64,000 nt of DNA from positions 12,768-76,767 of the forward strand of contig JBEKUR010000003.1 in assembly GCA_049514855.1 (NCBI GenBank), in the 5' to 3' direction. The notes beneath the pieces are model-generated. The model saw only the letters and a program-made list of their open reading frames with translations. It was not told where the DNA came from and did not search any database. The first letter of the stretch is position 1. Every line of letters begins with the position of its first letter. The translations under genes and the position numbers were made by a program. The stretch is from Terriglobia bacterium. Its GTDB lineage: Bacteria; Acidobacteriota; Terriglobia; UBA7540. Shown in pieces: positions 28,712-37,396 of the stretch.

Positions 28712-31700
28712 CTATTTCCCCTCGAGTTTCTCTTTGAGTTCTTTCAATAGCGCCCTGCTCCTATCGTCGAGCGGGTTTGTTTGGACGGCAGCCTGGGCCA
28801 TCTCAAAGGCTTGCGCGATCTCGTTTTGCTGATAAAGAAGACGGGCAAGCCTGTAATACGCCATGAAGTTGTTCGGGTCTGCCTCGATCGCTTTGTTGTA
28901 GTACTCTTCAGCTTCTGCCAAGTACCCTTGTTTCTCACGCAACCGCCCGAACTCAGCTAGGCTCGGGGAATGGTCGGGCTTGACTTCCAGAGCCTCGTCA
29001 AGCAATTGTTCGGCCTCAGCCAATTTGTCGGCCCGTATTTTTGCTGCTGCGTAGCCCTGCAACATTCGAGGAGTCCTTGGACGCAGCGTTATAGCCTTGC
29101 CAAAGTGGAGCTCCGCATCATTCCATCTCTTTCTGCGCGCATATATCAGCGCCAAGTGAAAGTGCGCGTCTGCATCCCTATCGTCAATCTCTACAAGAAC
29201 TCTATAGTCCTTTAGCGCTGCTTCTAGGTCTCCCTTGCGGTAGTGTTGTACAGCAACAGGTTTAAGCTCCTCTTTGTAAAATGAAACTTGTTGGAACCGC
29301 TGTCTGTCCCCTGCCGCAAGGTAATGATGAACGGCTTCACCCAAGAATTCGGGCACTATTCTCCTGTTCGTCTTCCGTTCCTTATCGAGCAACCCGTTGT
29401 AAAACCTGCCGGCTACTCGGTGGAATTCCGTGGCTTGGGCAATCGGGAGGTTATAGTAATAGAACTCTCGCACCAACGGGTGCAGCAGGTAACCGTCCTC
29501 AGAACTCTCAATCAAATACTGACTGACAAGCGAATTGAGCAAATCGTTGGCTTCTTCACCTCTCCAACTTCGGAATAGTTCCCTTGGCCCTGGGAGGCGC
29601 AGAATTGAGGCGAATGACATTAGTTCAAACTCGACGGGCGAGAGGGACAGCTTTTCCAGAATGAACGGCACGATTGTTTCCCGCAATTGTTTGAACAACA
29701 ACGAAATGTCACTGGAAATGTCTTGCGAGGGATGGTCTGCCCAAAGCCGGGCCGCAACTTTGGTGGCCAACGGATGCCCGCCCAAGACGGACAAAAACTT
29801 GTCAGAAGGAGCCGGAGGCTGCGCGCCAAGGCTTTCGTGTTGGAATTGAAACCAGTAAATCAGTAGTCTCTCGGTGTCAAGCCGCTCAAGCCCCTTTACA
29901 CCATAAGGAGGAAAACAACGAGCTTCGAACTCCAGGCCCAACCTCGGCGCGACATTTGAAATAAAGAGATACTTGCTCCTCGACCTATCAGCTCCTTCGA
30001 CAAGGCGATGCAGGAAACGCCTCACTGCGGGATCCTCGAATTCGCCAATCGGATTGAGTAGGTACTGAAAATCGTCCAGAACGATGACTGCAGCCGGCCC
30101 CGTGGAAAGGTACGACAAAATCTGCCGCTCGAACTCGGCCTGTCTGTCTGGGTCAGACAAGTCGGATCCTTCCGGGAGCTGGAGGTTACATGCGTATGCC
30201 AATTCAGCTGAGAGCCGAGAATACGAGGTACCTTCTGTGAGTTGAATTCGGAGCCTGCGCCAATGAGGAGGGATTACCTGGCGAAAGGCCTCCTGCATAA
30301 GCGACGACTTTCCAATTCCTCGCATCCCACTCAGAATGAAAGCTGCGTTCTGATCCTGGCCGATAAAGGTACGGATTCGGTCTAACGCATGTTGCCTGTC
30401 CAAGAAAGGCAGTTTCGCTGCCCCTGTGACTATTTCGAGGTCGCCCTGCTTTGGAGTTATCCGTTCGGTTTTTTCCCGCGGCGGAACGAGTTGCATGATC
30501 TCGTTGCGCTTCACTATTAGGTGACCGTAGACCTCTAGCAGCTCCTTGGTTCTTGTAACGAACTTTCCTGAGACTTGTAGTTCATTAACCACGTCAATTG
30601 CTCGATTGCAGAGTTCGAGCCGGACCCTGCCTGTCGACGGAGTATCGGCAACCACGATTGGCCTAATCCAATCGGAACCCTCTTGTGTCGAAACAACCCC
30701 GGACGGGACTATGTGACCTGTGAAATGCTGAAGCTTGCTTTGGAGCAGTTTGGGAAACACATTTGGTGTGAGATTCGTAAAGGGAGCGACTATGCCGCAC
30801 AATTCGTGTAAGGTAGACTTTTTAGAAGTGCTTGGTTGTGTGACGTCTGCATACTGCGCCGCTTCGGCCGAGTCCAATGCATACAAGGTCGGATAAACCC
30901 GCAAATCAGATACCGCGGTGTGCTCTTTGGTGGATTTCCTCACTTCGAATTGCCTCTCCAAGTCCGCCTCCAAGATGAGAAGCGCCTCGGAGGACTGAGG
31001 AATTGCGGAGCTTCCATCCACCTCTGTGTACCAGAGGCTAGTGTGTTCAGTCCTCGCAAAGGCTCTTGACCCACCGAATTCTGCGACGTTTGCCAGAAGG
31101 GTGCACTTCCCTTGCCCTAGAGCTAATCGGCCAAAGTCGTAGAAGGGCTCACAGGATGGTGTAAATGCTGGAATTGCGATCACTTGAGGGTAGGGATGTT
31201 TTTCCTTGACGCTCCTGTTATCGAATGCTTCGATGCAAATAAGGATCTGCACCTGGACAATTCCAGCCTTGGCATTCATCTCAAAACTGTGGAAAGCTGG
31301 AGTCCCAGGGATCAGACACGCTTCCCACTTGGATCTGACATACTTCACGAATGTTTTTGGGCCCTGGCCTGGCAACAACACCACACAAATAGCCTGACGG
31401 ACCTTTTCATCGAGTTCCCCGGGTGGGGTCGGCTGCAAAGAGACCAACCCTAGCTCCTGATAGGCCTTTCGGGCACTTGGATTAAGCGTAACGACGTGGC
31501 TCCCGGCAACCGTTACCAGTTTCAGCTCCTCGCACAGTTTCTGGCACATCGGTAATGATTCGGGCGGAACGGAGTATTCAGGGAAAACGAGAAGCTCGGC
31601 ACCGAGCGCTGCCGCGAAGCGCATGAAGGCTTCCAGCTTCCGATTCAGGTGGGTTATGTACTGCTCTGAGATTTGCTGCCGGAGGTTATTCACTTCTTCA

Positions 31701-31843
31701 ATTCCGGCGATCCTGAACAACCCAACCTTCTGGTCCTTCTCGGGAAAAGCTGGCTCCTGAATGCAAGCAACAAGCTCATCCGAGTAGGCAGGATTGGCTG
31801 AGATTTGAGCAACCGCGAGTCGGCATGAAAAGGGCTTAGCCAT
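28712..31843 (-). CDS. CN-hydrolase (nitrilase superfamily) - STAND/NB-ARC-like P-loop NTPase - TPR fusion protein
   Basis: 1043 aa. 'LLVFPEY' (E89), 'VRSKWE' (K172) and 'LICIEAF' (C203) have nitrilase-like spacing. Walker A 'GMRGIGKSS' (506-514), Walker B 'VIVLDD' (586-591), 'GGHPLA' (688-693). TPR-like repeats span ~835-1030. Sampled lines gave 42-52% GC. Confidence 0.85.
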   Translation of the reverse strand: MAKPFSCRLAVAQISANPAYSDELVACIQEPAFPEKDQKVGLFRIAGIEEVNNLRQQISEQYITHLNRKLEAFMRFAAALGAELLVFPEYSVPPESLPMCQKLCEELKLVTVAGSHVVTLNPSARKAYQELGLVSLQPTPPGELDEKVRQAICVVLLPGQGPKTFVKYVRSKWEACLIPGTPAFHSFEMNAKAGIVQVQILICIEAFDNRSVKEKHPYPQVIAIPAFTPSCEPFYDFGRLALGQGKCTLLANVAEFGGSRAFARTEHTSLWYTEVDGSSAIPQSSEALLILEADLERQFEVRKSTKEHTAVSDLRVYPTLYALDSAEAAQYADVTQPSTSKKSTLHELCGIVAPFTNLTPNVFPKLLQSKLQHFTGHIVPSGVVSTQEGSDWIRPIVVADTPSTGRVRLELCNRAIDVVNELQVSGKFVTRTKELLEVYGHLIVKRNEIMQLVPPREKTERITPKQGDLEIVTGAAKLPFLDRQHALDRIRTFIGQDQNAAFILSGMRGIGKSSLMQEAFRQVIPPHWRRLRIQLTEGTSYSRLSAELAYACNLQLPEGSDLSDPDRQAEFERQILSYLSTGPAAVIVLDDFQYLLNPIGEFEDPAVRRFLHRLVEGADRSRSKYLFISNVAPRLGLEFEARCFPPYGVKGLERLDTERLLIYWFQFQHESLGAQPPAPSDKFLSVLGGHPLATKVAARLWADHPSQDISSDISLLFKQLRETIVPFILEKLSLSPVEFELMSFASILRLPGPRELFRSWRGEEANDLLNSLVSQYLIESSEDGYLLHPLVREFYYYNLPIAQATEFHRVAGRFYNGLLDKERKTNRRIVPEFLGEAVHHYLAAGDRQRFQQVSFYKEELKPVAVQHYRKGDLEAALKDYRVLVEIDDRDADAHFHLALIYARRKRWNDAELHFGKAITLRPRTPRMLQGYAAAKIRADKLAEAEQLLDEALEVKPDHSPSLAEFGRLREKQGYLAEAEEYYNKAIEADPNNFMAYYRLARLLYQQNEIAQAFEMAQAAVQTNPLDDRSRALLKELKEKLEGK

Positions 31844-32065
31844 ATATGAAACCTCTTATAGTGCAGGCGACCCTCTCGTTCCTTGGTCCCCGCCACACAA
31901 CGGATTCTACTTTGAGCTTAGACGAAAAGCGAAAGCTTATTTACCGTCCACGCAGAGAGGAATGCGGGCGCCTGCAAGTCGGGTTTGTTTGATCGGCAGA
32001 GGGGGAGCGGTTGCCCGCCGTCCCGTCCCACACCGCCGCACGTAAGGACCACGTATACGCGGGAG

Positions 32066-32214
32066 CGTGTCAACCACTTTGAGACACCTAACAGCATCAA
32101 TCAGTGCAGCTCTCCTTCACTCGCCCGCGAGGTTGCGGGCCGGTTGATCGAGACCGCTGCAGGTTGCTACTGCGCTCTGGGATGCCGGGACGTGTCAATG
32201 ATTTTGAGACACCT
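32066..32214. repeat. two direct copies of a putative IS terminal sequence
   Basis: 'cgtgtcaaccactttgagacacct' (32066-32089) and 'cgtgtcaatgattttgagacacct' (32191-32214). Read from the minus strand they end in ...CA, as DDE IS termini do. Confidence 0.35.
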
Positions 32215-32359
32215 CCCGAACGAATTTAGTGTCGTTCCCGGGCGGTCGTGGGGCTGGATGGAGAAAATCAGCTTCCAGGATGCCGCAGGATCGACGATCT
32301 CACATTGACCCATCACCCTGCACCCTCGGAATCAGAGTGTTTTCTGCGAGGGCGCGAGC

Positions 32360-32700
32360 TTTAGATCTACTCGAATGGGTCTTCGGTTTGTTGATTCAGG
32401 CCGCTTCCGGCACGACCGGTGGCCGTGGCGTTCTCTGGACAAAAAGCTCCGGGTGAGCCTCGAAGGCTGCCGACAAGGTTAGCTTGCGTACCTGCGTGAC
32501 GGCTTCGACTTCCCCGCCATGGACCATGGCCGCTGTCATCAGCCCGACGCCGCCGTGATGGTGCGCGGTGTTGTACCAGGAAAAGAACGCCTGGCACAAG
32601 CCCCGACCATCTTGAACCCGAATTCGGAAACTGAGAGGCTCCGTTCCGTCCCAATCCGTTGGGCTGAGGTCGCTTCGACTAAACCTGCCCAGGAACGGAA
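32360..32700 (-). pseudogene. decayed IS3-family (rve integrase) transposase C-terminal fragment
   Basis: 'CQAFFSWYNTAHHHGGVGLMTAAMVHGGEVEAV...HPELFVQRTPRPPVVPEAA*INKP'. The stop is a TGA where the conserved Trp of 'AAWIN' is expected. The upstream part is frameshifted and decayed. Confidence 0.7.
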
Positions 32701-33150
32701 CAGTGCGGCTGACAATTGCTTCACCCTGGGCTTCGAGCTTCTCCCAAGCAACCCCTCACCCGCCCTCCTTCGTCGGGCACCCTCTCCCCGCGGAGAGGGC
32801 TGGCGTCGAAAGCACATCGGATACCGGCCCTCTCCGTTGGGGAGAGGGTGGCGATCCCGCAGTAGCGGGAGAGCCGGGTGAGGGGTCTTTTCCCTTCCAG
32901 TGAGCCTGCGAGTCCCGTCCAACTTGCGAATTCGGGTTGAATCGAGCCGAAGCCCTCCGGGAGCTGGGGCCGGCACTTCAGCCTCTTGAACTGACTTTCC
33001 GAGAACAGGTTGTGCGTGGATTCCTCCCGTCCCGCAAGGCGGGAGGACGGGAGGACGGGAATGACCCCTGGGGCAGGCGCGCGTGCCTCCCTTGCAGGGC
33101 TGAAACGGACTCTGTGTCTCTTGACATGCGGCACACGATAGGCTAGGATG

Positions 33151-33903
33151 GTGAGTGGGGAAGAACAGGATTCAGGAGTCAGGAGTGAGAATCAACACCA
33201 TCTGCTTTCCGCCTTCTGCCTTCTGCTTTCTGCCTTCTGCTTTCCGCCGACTGCCCTCTGCCTTTGAAGGGCCGCAGGTCCGGAGAGCGGGACCTGCGCT
33301 ACACCCGCTTACTGCCGACTGCACTTGAGGGAGGCGGGATGGAGAGCGTTCTTCGCAGGCATGCCAGCCCTGGACAAGATGTCACCTCCGACAGTGAAAG
33401 AAAAAACTAGTAACTTTAAAAAGTGAACGAACTAAGCGGGGATGTCCATGAAAACAAAGGACCGGGCTTCAGCAGCCCGGGGAGAAGCTGGAATGTTGCA
33501 GAAAAAAAAGGTAGTTACGCGTCGAAAGCGGGAATGTTGGTGAAAAGAAAGGAGATAGGTTGTAGGTGGGGAAGAACAGGTTCCAGGTGTCAGGTGTCAG
33601 GTGTCTGGTAGGCGGTAGGTGGGGAAGAGCAGGTTGCAGGTGCCAGGCGTCAGGTGTCTGGCAGGTGGTAGGTGGGGAAGAGCAGGTTCCAGGTGTCAGG
33701 TGTCAGGTGTCTGGTAGGCGGTAGGTCGTAGGTGGTAGGTGGGGAAGAGCAGGATTCAGGAGTCAGAAGTCAGGAGTGAGCATGACGAGCATCTGCTTCC
33801 CGCCTTCTGCTTGCTGCTTTCTGCGCTCCGCTTTCTGCCTTCTGCTTACTGCCGACTGCCTACTGCTGTGGTAGGCGGTAGGTCGTAGGTGGGGAAGAGC
33901 AGC
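33151..33903. repeat. ~750-bp nested repeat field
   Basis: 'gt(a/g)(g/a)gtggggaaga(a/g)cag' anchors at 33151, 33562, 33615, 33668, 33735 and 33885 (53-nt period x3). CAGGAGT/CAGGTGT and CTGCYTT heptamer arrays. A ~115-135-nt module occurs twice (33151-33264 and 33735-33868). Confidence 0.85.
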
Positions 33904-33938
33904 GGACAGGTTGGAGAGGAGCGGCGGCTCGTCGCTAC

Positions 33939-34028
33939 GTTCTCCCCACGCGCGTGGGGATGGTCCGCCATCTGCGTAATCTGCGTAATCTGCGGATTAG
34001 TTCTCCCCGCTTACGTGGGGGTGACGCT
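33939..34028 (+). CRISPR. orphan mini-array: two type I-E-like 29-nt repeats and one 32-nt spacer
   Basis: R1 'GTTCTCCCCACGCGCGTGGGGATGGTCCG' (33939-33967). Spacer 33968-33999. R2 'GTTCTCCCCGCTTACGTGGGGGTGACGCT' (34000-34028) has a degenerate 3' end. No cas genes in the window. Confidence 0.55.
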
Positions 34029-34135
34029 CTGCCGTTCCCGTCCCGGGGCGGCGAGGGGGCTTTCGGATCCAGGATTTAACAGTTATTTCCTGACAAGCCC
34101 TAAGAGCGAAGCTGCTGTTCGTGCTGGCTTGTAGC

Positions 34136-34750
34136 TTATGCCTTAACGAATTTCAAAGCTGCAGAGTTCAAGCAATAACGGAGATGGGTTGGAGGTGGGC
34201 CGTCGTCAAACACGTGCCCCAGGTGAGCATCGCACTTCTTGCACTGGACATCGCTTCGGACCATACCGAGCGTCAAATCACCCTCGGTGCGAATGTTTTC
34301 CGGGGCAATCGGGGCCCAGAAGCTCGGCCATCCCGTTCCCGATTCGTATTTCGTATCCGAACTGAAAAGCGCGTTGTCACAGCAAACGCACCGGTATATT
34401 CCCTTTTCGTGGTTGTTCCAATACTTGCCGGCAAAAGCGCGCTCCGTTCCCTTCTTTCGAGTGACCTCGAATTGCTCGGGAGTAAGCATCTGCTTCCATT
34501 CTTCGTCTGTCTTCACCACCTTTTCGACCATAACAGTTCCTTCTCTCTTGCCGGAGTCGTTGAATTCCACCAGGGTTACCAAGCGGGGTTTGCTTTTACT
34601 CCGGGAGATTCCCGCCCCTGGAGGGGCCGCGCTTGCGACCCTTCTCAGAGCCAATGCGCTTCCCATCGCAAAAGCAGTAGTGAGGAATCCCCTGCGGCTC
34701 AAGCTTTTGTCTCTTAGAACATGCCGAATGTGCTTGGTTTCAGGTTGCAC
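34136..34750 (-). CDS. msrB: peptide-methionine (R)-S-oxide reductase MsrB with Tat-type signal
   Basis: '[23 protein letters not shown]' and '[18 protein letters not shown]' are SelR/MsrB motifs. N-terminal '[11 protein letters not shown]'. Confidence 0.9.
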   Translation of the reverse strand: MQPETKHIRHVLRDKSLSRRGFLTTAFAMGSALALRRVASAAPPGAGISRSKSKPRLVTLVEFNDSGKREGTVMVEKVVKTDEEWKQMLTPEQFEVTRKKGTERAFAGKYWNNHEKGIYRCVCCDNALFSSDTKYESGTGWPSFWAPIAPENIRTEGDLTLGMVRSDVQCKKCDAHLGHVFDDGPPPTHLRYCLNSAALKFVKA

Positions 34751-34884
34751 GCTCCACCCCTCATTTGTGCCTTTGTTTGCCCTTTGCCTGACACTACAAG
34801 AGATGGAGACAAAGGGTATTTGGTTACAGGAAGTTTTCCTATTCGGCGGGCAAGGGATATAGGCGTGGGAAAGGGGCCATCTTT

Positions 34885-36054
34885 TCAGGCGTTTTCGATT
34901 GGCGGCGATGGCGGCGAGCTCGCGCCGTTGACAGGGTACACCAGGCTTCGGTCCGGCTCCCAGGAAAGGTAAACTTTAGCCCCCGGAGAAGTCCGCTCGA
35001 GGGGAAGAGCATTGGCCGCCATGGCCCCTCGGACCACGAGGCGTTCGCCGCTCGCAATCTGCACCGTCCAGCGGCGACTGCCGCCTTCGAAGATGGCCTC
35101 AACAACTTCGCCTGGCACGATATTAACGGCCTCGCTGCTGGGTCGCGGGCGGCCCAGCGTCAGTCGCATGGCCTCAGAACGCACACCCAGCATGCCGGCA
35201 AGGCCTGGGACCAATTCCATCGAATTCCTCGACCAGAGGATCAATCCGCTCGCGGTTTCGAAGCGAGTACCCTGAGTGGAATGGCTGAGGCAACGCCCTT
35301 TGAAGAAATTCTCGACGCCCATGAATTCCGCTACAAAGGGCGTCAGAGGCGCTCCGTAGGTCTCCTCCGCCGGCCCCACCTGCTCGAGGCGCCCGCGGTT
35401 GATGACGGCAATCCGGTCCGACATCACAAGCGCCTCTTGCTGGTCGTGGGTGACGAAAATAAAGGTGATCCCCAGGCGCTCGCGCAGGCGCTTCAGTTCC
35501 ACTTGCATCTGCTGGCGGAGCTTCTGGTCTAGCGCGCCCAACGGCTCGTCCAGCAGGAGCACCGCAGGCTCGAGAACGAGAGCCCGCGCCAGTGCCACGC
35601 GTTGCCGCTCACCCCCGCTCAATTGATGCGGATAGCGATCCTCTTTTCCGGGGAGCTCGACCATCTCAAGGATGGCACGAACTCGCTTGCGGATTTCCGC
35701 AGAGGGCAACTTCTTCTGCTCGAGGCCGAAGGCCACATTGCGGAAGACATTCAAGTGAGGGAAGAGGGCGTAGTGTTGGAAGACGGTGTTCACATTGCGG
35801 CGGTAAGGTGGCAGAGGAGAGGCGTCCCGCCCGTTGATTAGGATTTGCCCGCCTTGCGGCTGCTCGAATCCCGCCACCAGTCGCAGTATAGTCGTCTTCC
35901 CGCTTCCGCTGGGACCAAGCAGCGTGAGGAATTCCCCCCGCCTTACCTCCAGCGAAAAATCCTCAAGCGCCGTATGTTCCCCGTAGCGCTTGCTGACGCT
36001 CCGAAGTTCGACAATGCACTGCGGCAACTCTTCCAATTCTCGGGTTAACTCCAA
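34885..36054 (-). CDS. ABC transporter ATP-binding protein (PotA/FbpC-like importer ATPase)
   Basis: Walker A 'GPSGSGKTT', signature '[15 protein letters not shown]', Walker B 'LLLDEP', plus a C-terminal TOBE-like domain. No permease or binding-protein gene is adjacent. Confidence 0.9.
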   Translation of the reverse strand: MELTRELEELPQCIVELRSVSKRYGEHTALEDFSLEVRRGEFLTLLGPSGSGKTTILRLVAGFEQPQGGQILINGRDASPLPPYRRNVNTVFQHYALFPHLNVFRNVAFGLEQKKLPSAEIRKRVRAILEMVELPGKEDRYPHQLSGGERQRVALARALVLEPAVLLLDEPLGALDQKLRQQMQVELKRLRERLGITFIFVTHDQQEALVMSDRIAVINRGRLEQVGPAEETYGAPLTPFVAEFMGVENFFKGRCLSHSTQGTRFETASGLILWSRNSMELVPGLAGMLGVRSEAMRLTLGRPRPSSEAVNIVPGEVVEAIFEGGSRRWTVQIASGERLVVRGAMAANALPLERTSPGAKVYLSWEPDRSLVYPVNGASSPPSPPIENA

Positions 36055-36438
36055 TGCCTCGTGGGTTGGTCAACTCATCCTACTCGCCACTTGAAAAAAT
36101 GACAAGAGTGATTTTTATGATTTGTGATTTGCGATTGCCGGTTCCACTCTGCGCGTCTCTGTGCCTTAGTCCCGCTTCACGGTATGAGCTGTTTCGACTT
36201 TTTCACACCTCCCCAGCCCTCGGTCCTGACGCCCTGACACCTGAAATCACTGCACGCGGCGGTGTCATTCCGATCCCGCAGTGGCGGGAGAGGAATCTCG
36301 CTCTGCGCCCTGTGTTCTTCCCCCTGCACCTTGACACTGTGCGCCGCCTTGTTACTCTGGTAAGCTGAAGGGTCCGAATTCCATGAAGACCTGCGTCGCA
36401 GCTCGCGGAGAGCTGAGAGCTGAAAGCTGAAAGCTTCT

Positions 36439-37233
36439 ATGTCCAAGAAGCATAAAGAAACAGTCCAAAAGCAATTCACCAAGACGGCGGACGCCTTCGC
36501 CAAGTTCGCGGTGCGTGATACGCCCGAGGTGCTGGCCGAAAAAGTGGAATTTGCCAAGCCCCAACCTCACGAACTTGTTCTCGACGTCGCTTGCGGGCCG
36601 GGAGCGTTTATTTTGGCGATTGCGCCACGAGTGAGTTTCGCCAGCGGCATCGACTTGACACCCGAAATGCTCCGCCAAGCGCGCGAATTCCAGGCGGAAA
36701 AACAAATCGCCAACGCCGCTTTTGCCTGCGCCGATGCCGAACACATTCCCTTCCCTGACGCTTCCTTCGATTTGGTTAGCTGCCAACTCGCTTTCCACCA
36801 TATAACCAAGGCGGAACCGGTGCTCGAGGAAATGATGCGTGTAACGAAACCCCAGGGCCGGCTCCTGATCCTCGATCCCCTTGCCCCGGAAAGCGACTCG
36901 AAATTTGAGCTCTTCAATCAGATTGAAAGACTGCGCGACCCTTCCCACACCTTTTCTCTTCGCCTTACCACCTTCCTCAGCATGTTCGAGGAGCATGGGC
37001 TGGAGGTTTTGCGGCAGTCAGTCCGGCGACGGCAGCGATCCTTCAATCAGTGGATGCGGCGCGCCGGACTGGAACCCGGGCAAAAGCGCTATATCGAGAC
37101 TCGAAAACGAATGGAAGAATCCATGCCTGGGGACAAAGCCGGCTTCTCCGCGCGAGTCGATGGAGATGACATTCAGATTATCCACAACGAGGGGGTGTTT
37201 TTGGCGAGGCGGCTATCGGAAAATGGCAGGTAG
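36439..37233 (+). CDS. class I SAM-dependent methyltransferase
   Basis: 'VLDVACGPGAF' motif I and 'FDLVSCQLAFHHI' (Methyltransf_11-like). Confidence 0.85.
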   Translation: MSKKHKETVQKQFTKTADAFAKFAVRDTPEVLAEKVEFAKPQPHELVLDVACGPGAFILAIAPRVSFASGIDLTPEMLRQAREFQAEKQIANAAFACADAEHIPFPDASFDLVSCQLAFHHITKAEPVLEEMMRVTKPQGRLLILDPLAPESDSKFELFNQIERLRDPSHTFSLRLTTFLSMFEEHGLEVLRQSVRRRQRSFNQWMRRAGLEPGQKRYIETRKRMEESMPGDKAGFSARVDGDDIQIIHNEGVFLARRLSENGR

Positions 37234-37349
37234 AAGGATCTCGGCAGTTCGCAAGAAGAATCCACTACCCAGCGCTGCAAGGAAACTGCGGGGATGCTTC
37301 GTCCGCCAAAGGCCGACGTCCTCAGCATGACATGGGATTTGTTGAGGGC

Positions 37350-37384
37350 CCAAAAGCCGGGATTGTCTTCACGGCAACAATCCC
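37350..37384 (-). terminator. possible intrinsic terminator of the kinase gene
   Basis: 8-bp stem 'gggattgt'/'acaatccc' (37359-37384), followed on the minus strand by GGCUUUUG. Confidence 0.4.
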
Positions 37385-37396
37385 CGTCGCCGCACC

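Noticed and set aside
33562-33753. Possible CRISPR array (19-nt repeat with 34-nt spacers, 53-nt period)
   Set aside because: The 'spacers' are near-identical to each other and are themselves heptamer arrays, so this is a tandem repeat rather than a CRISPR.
36352-36996. 214-aa minus-strand ORF
   Set aside because: Antisense to the SAM-methyltransferase gene.
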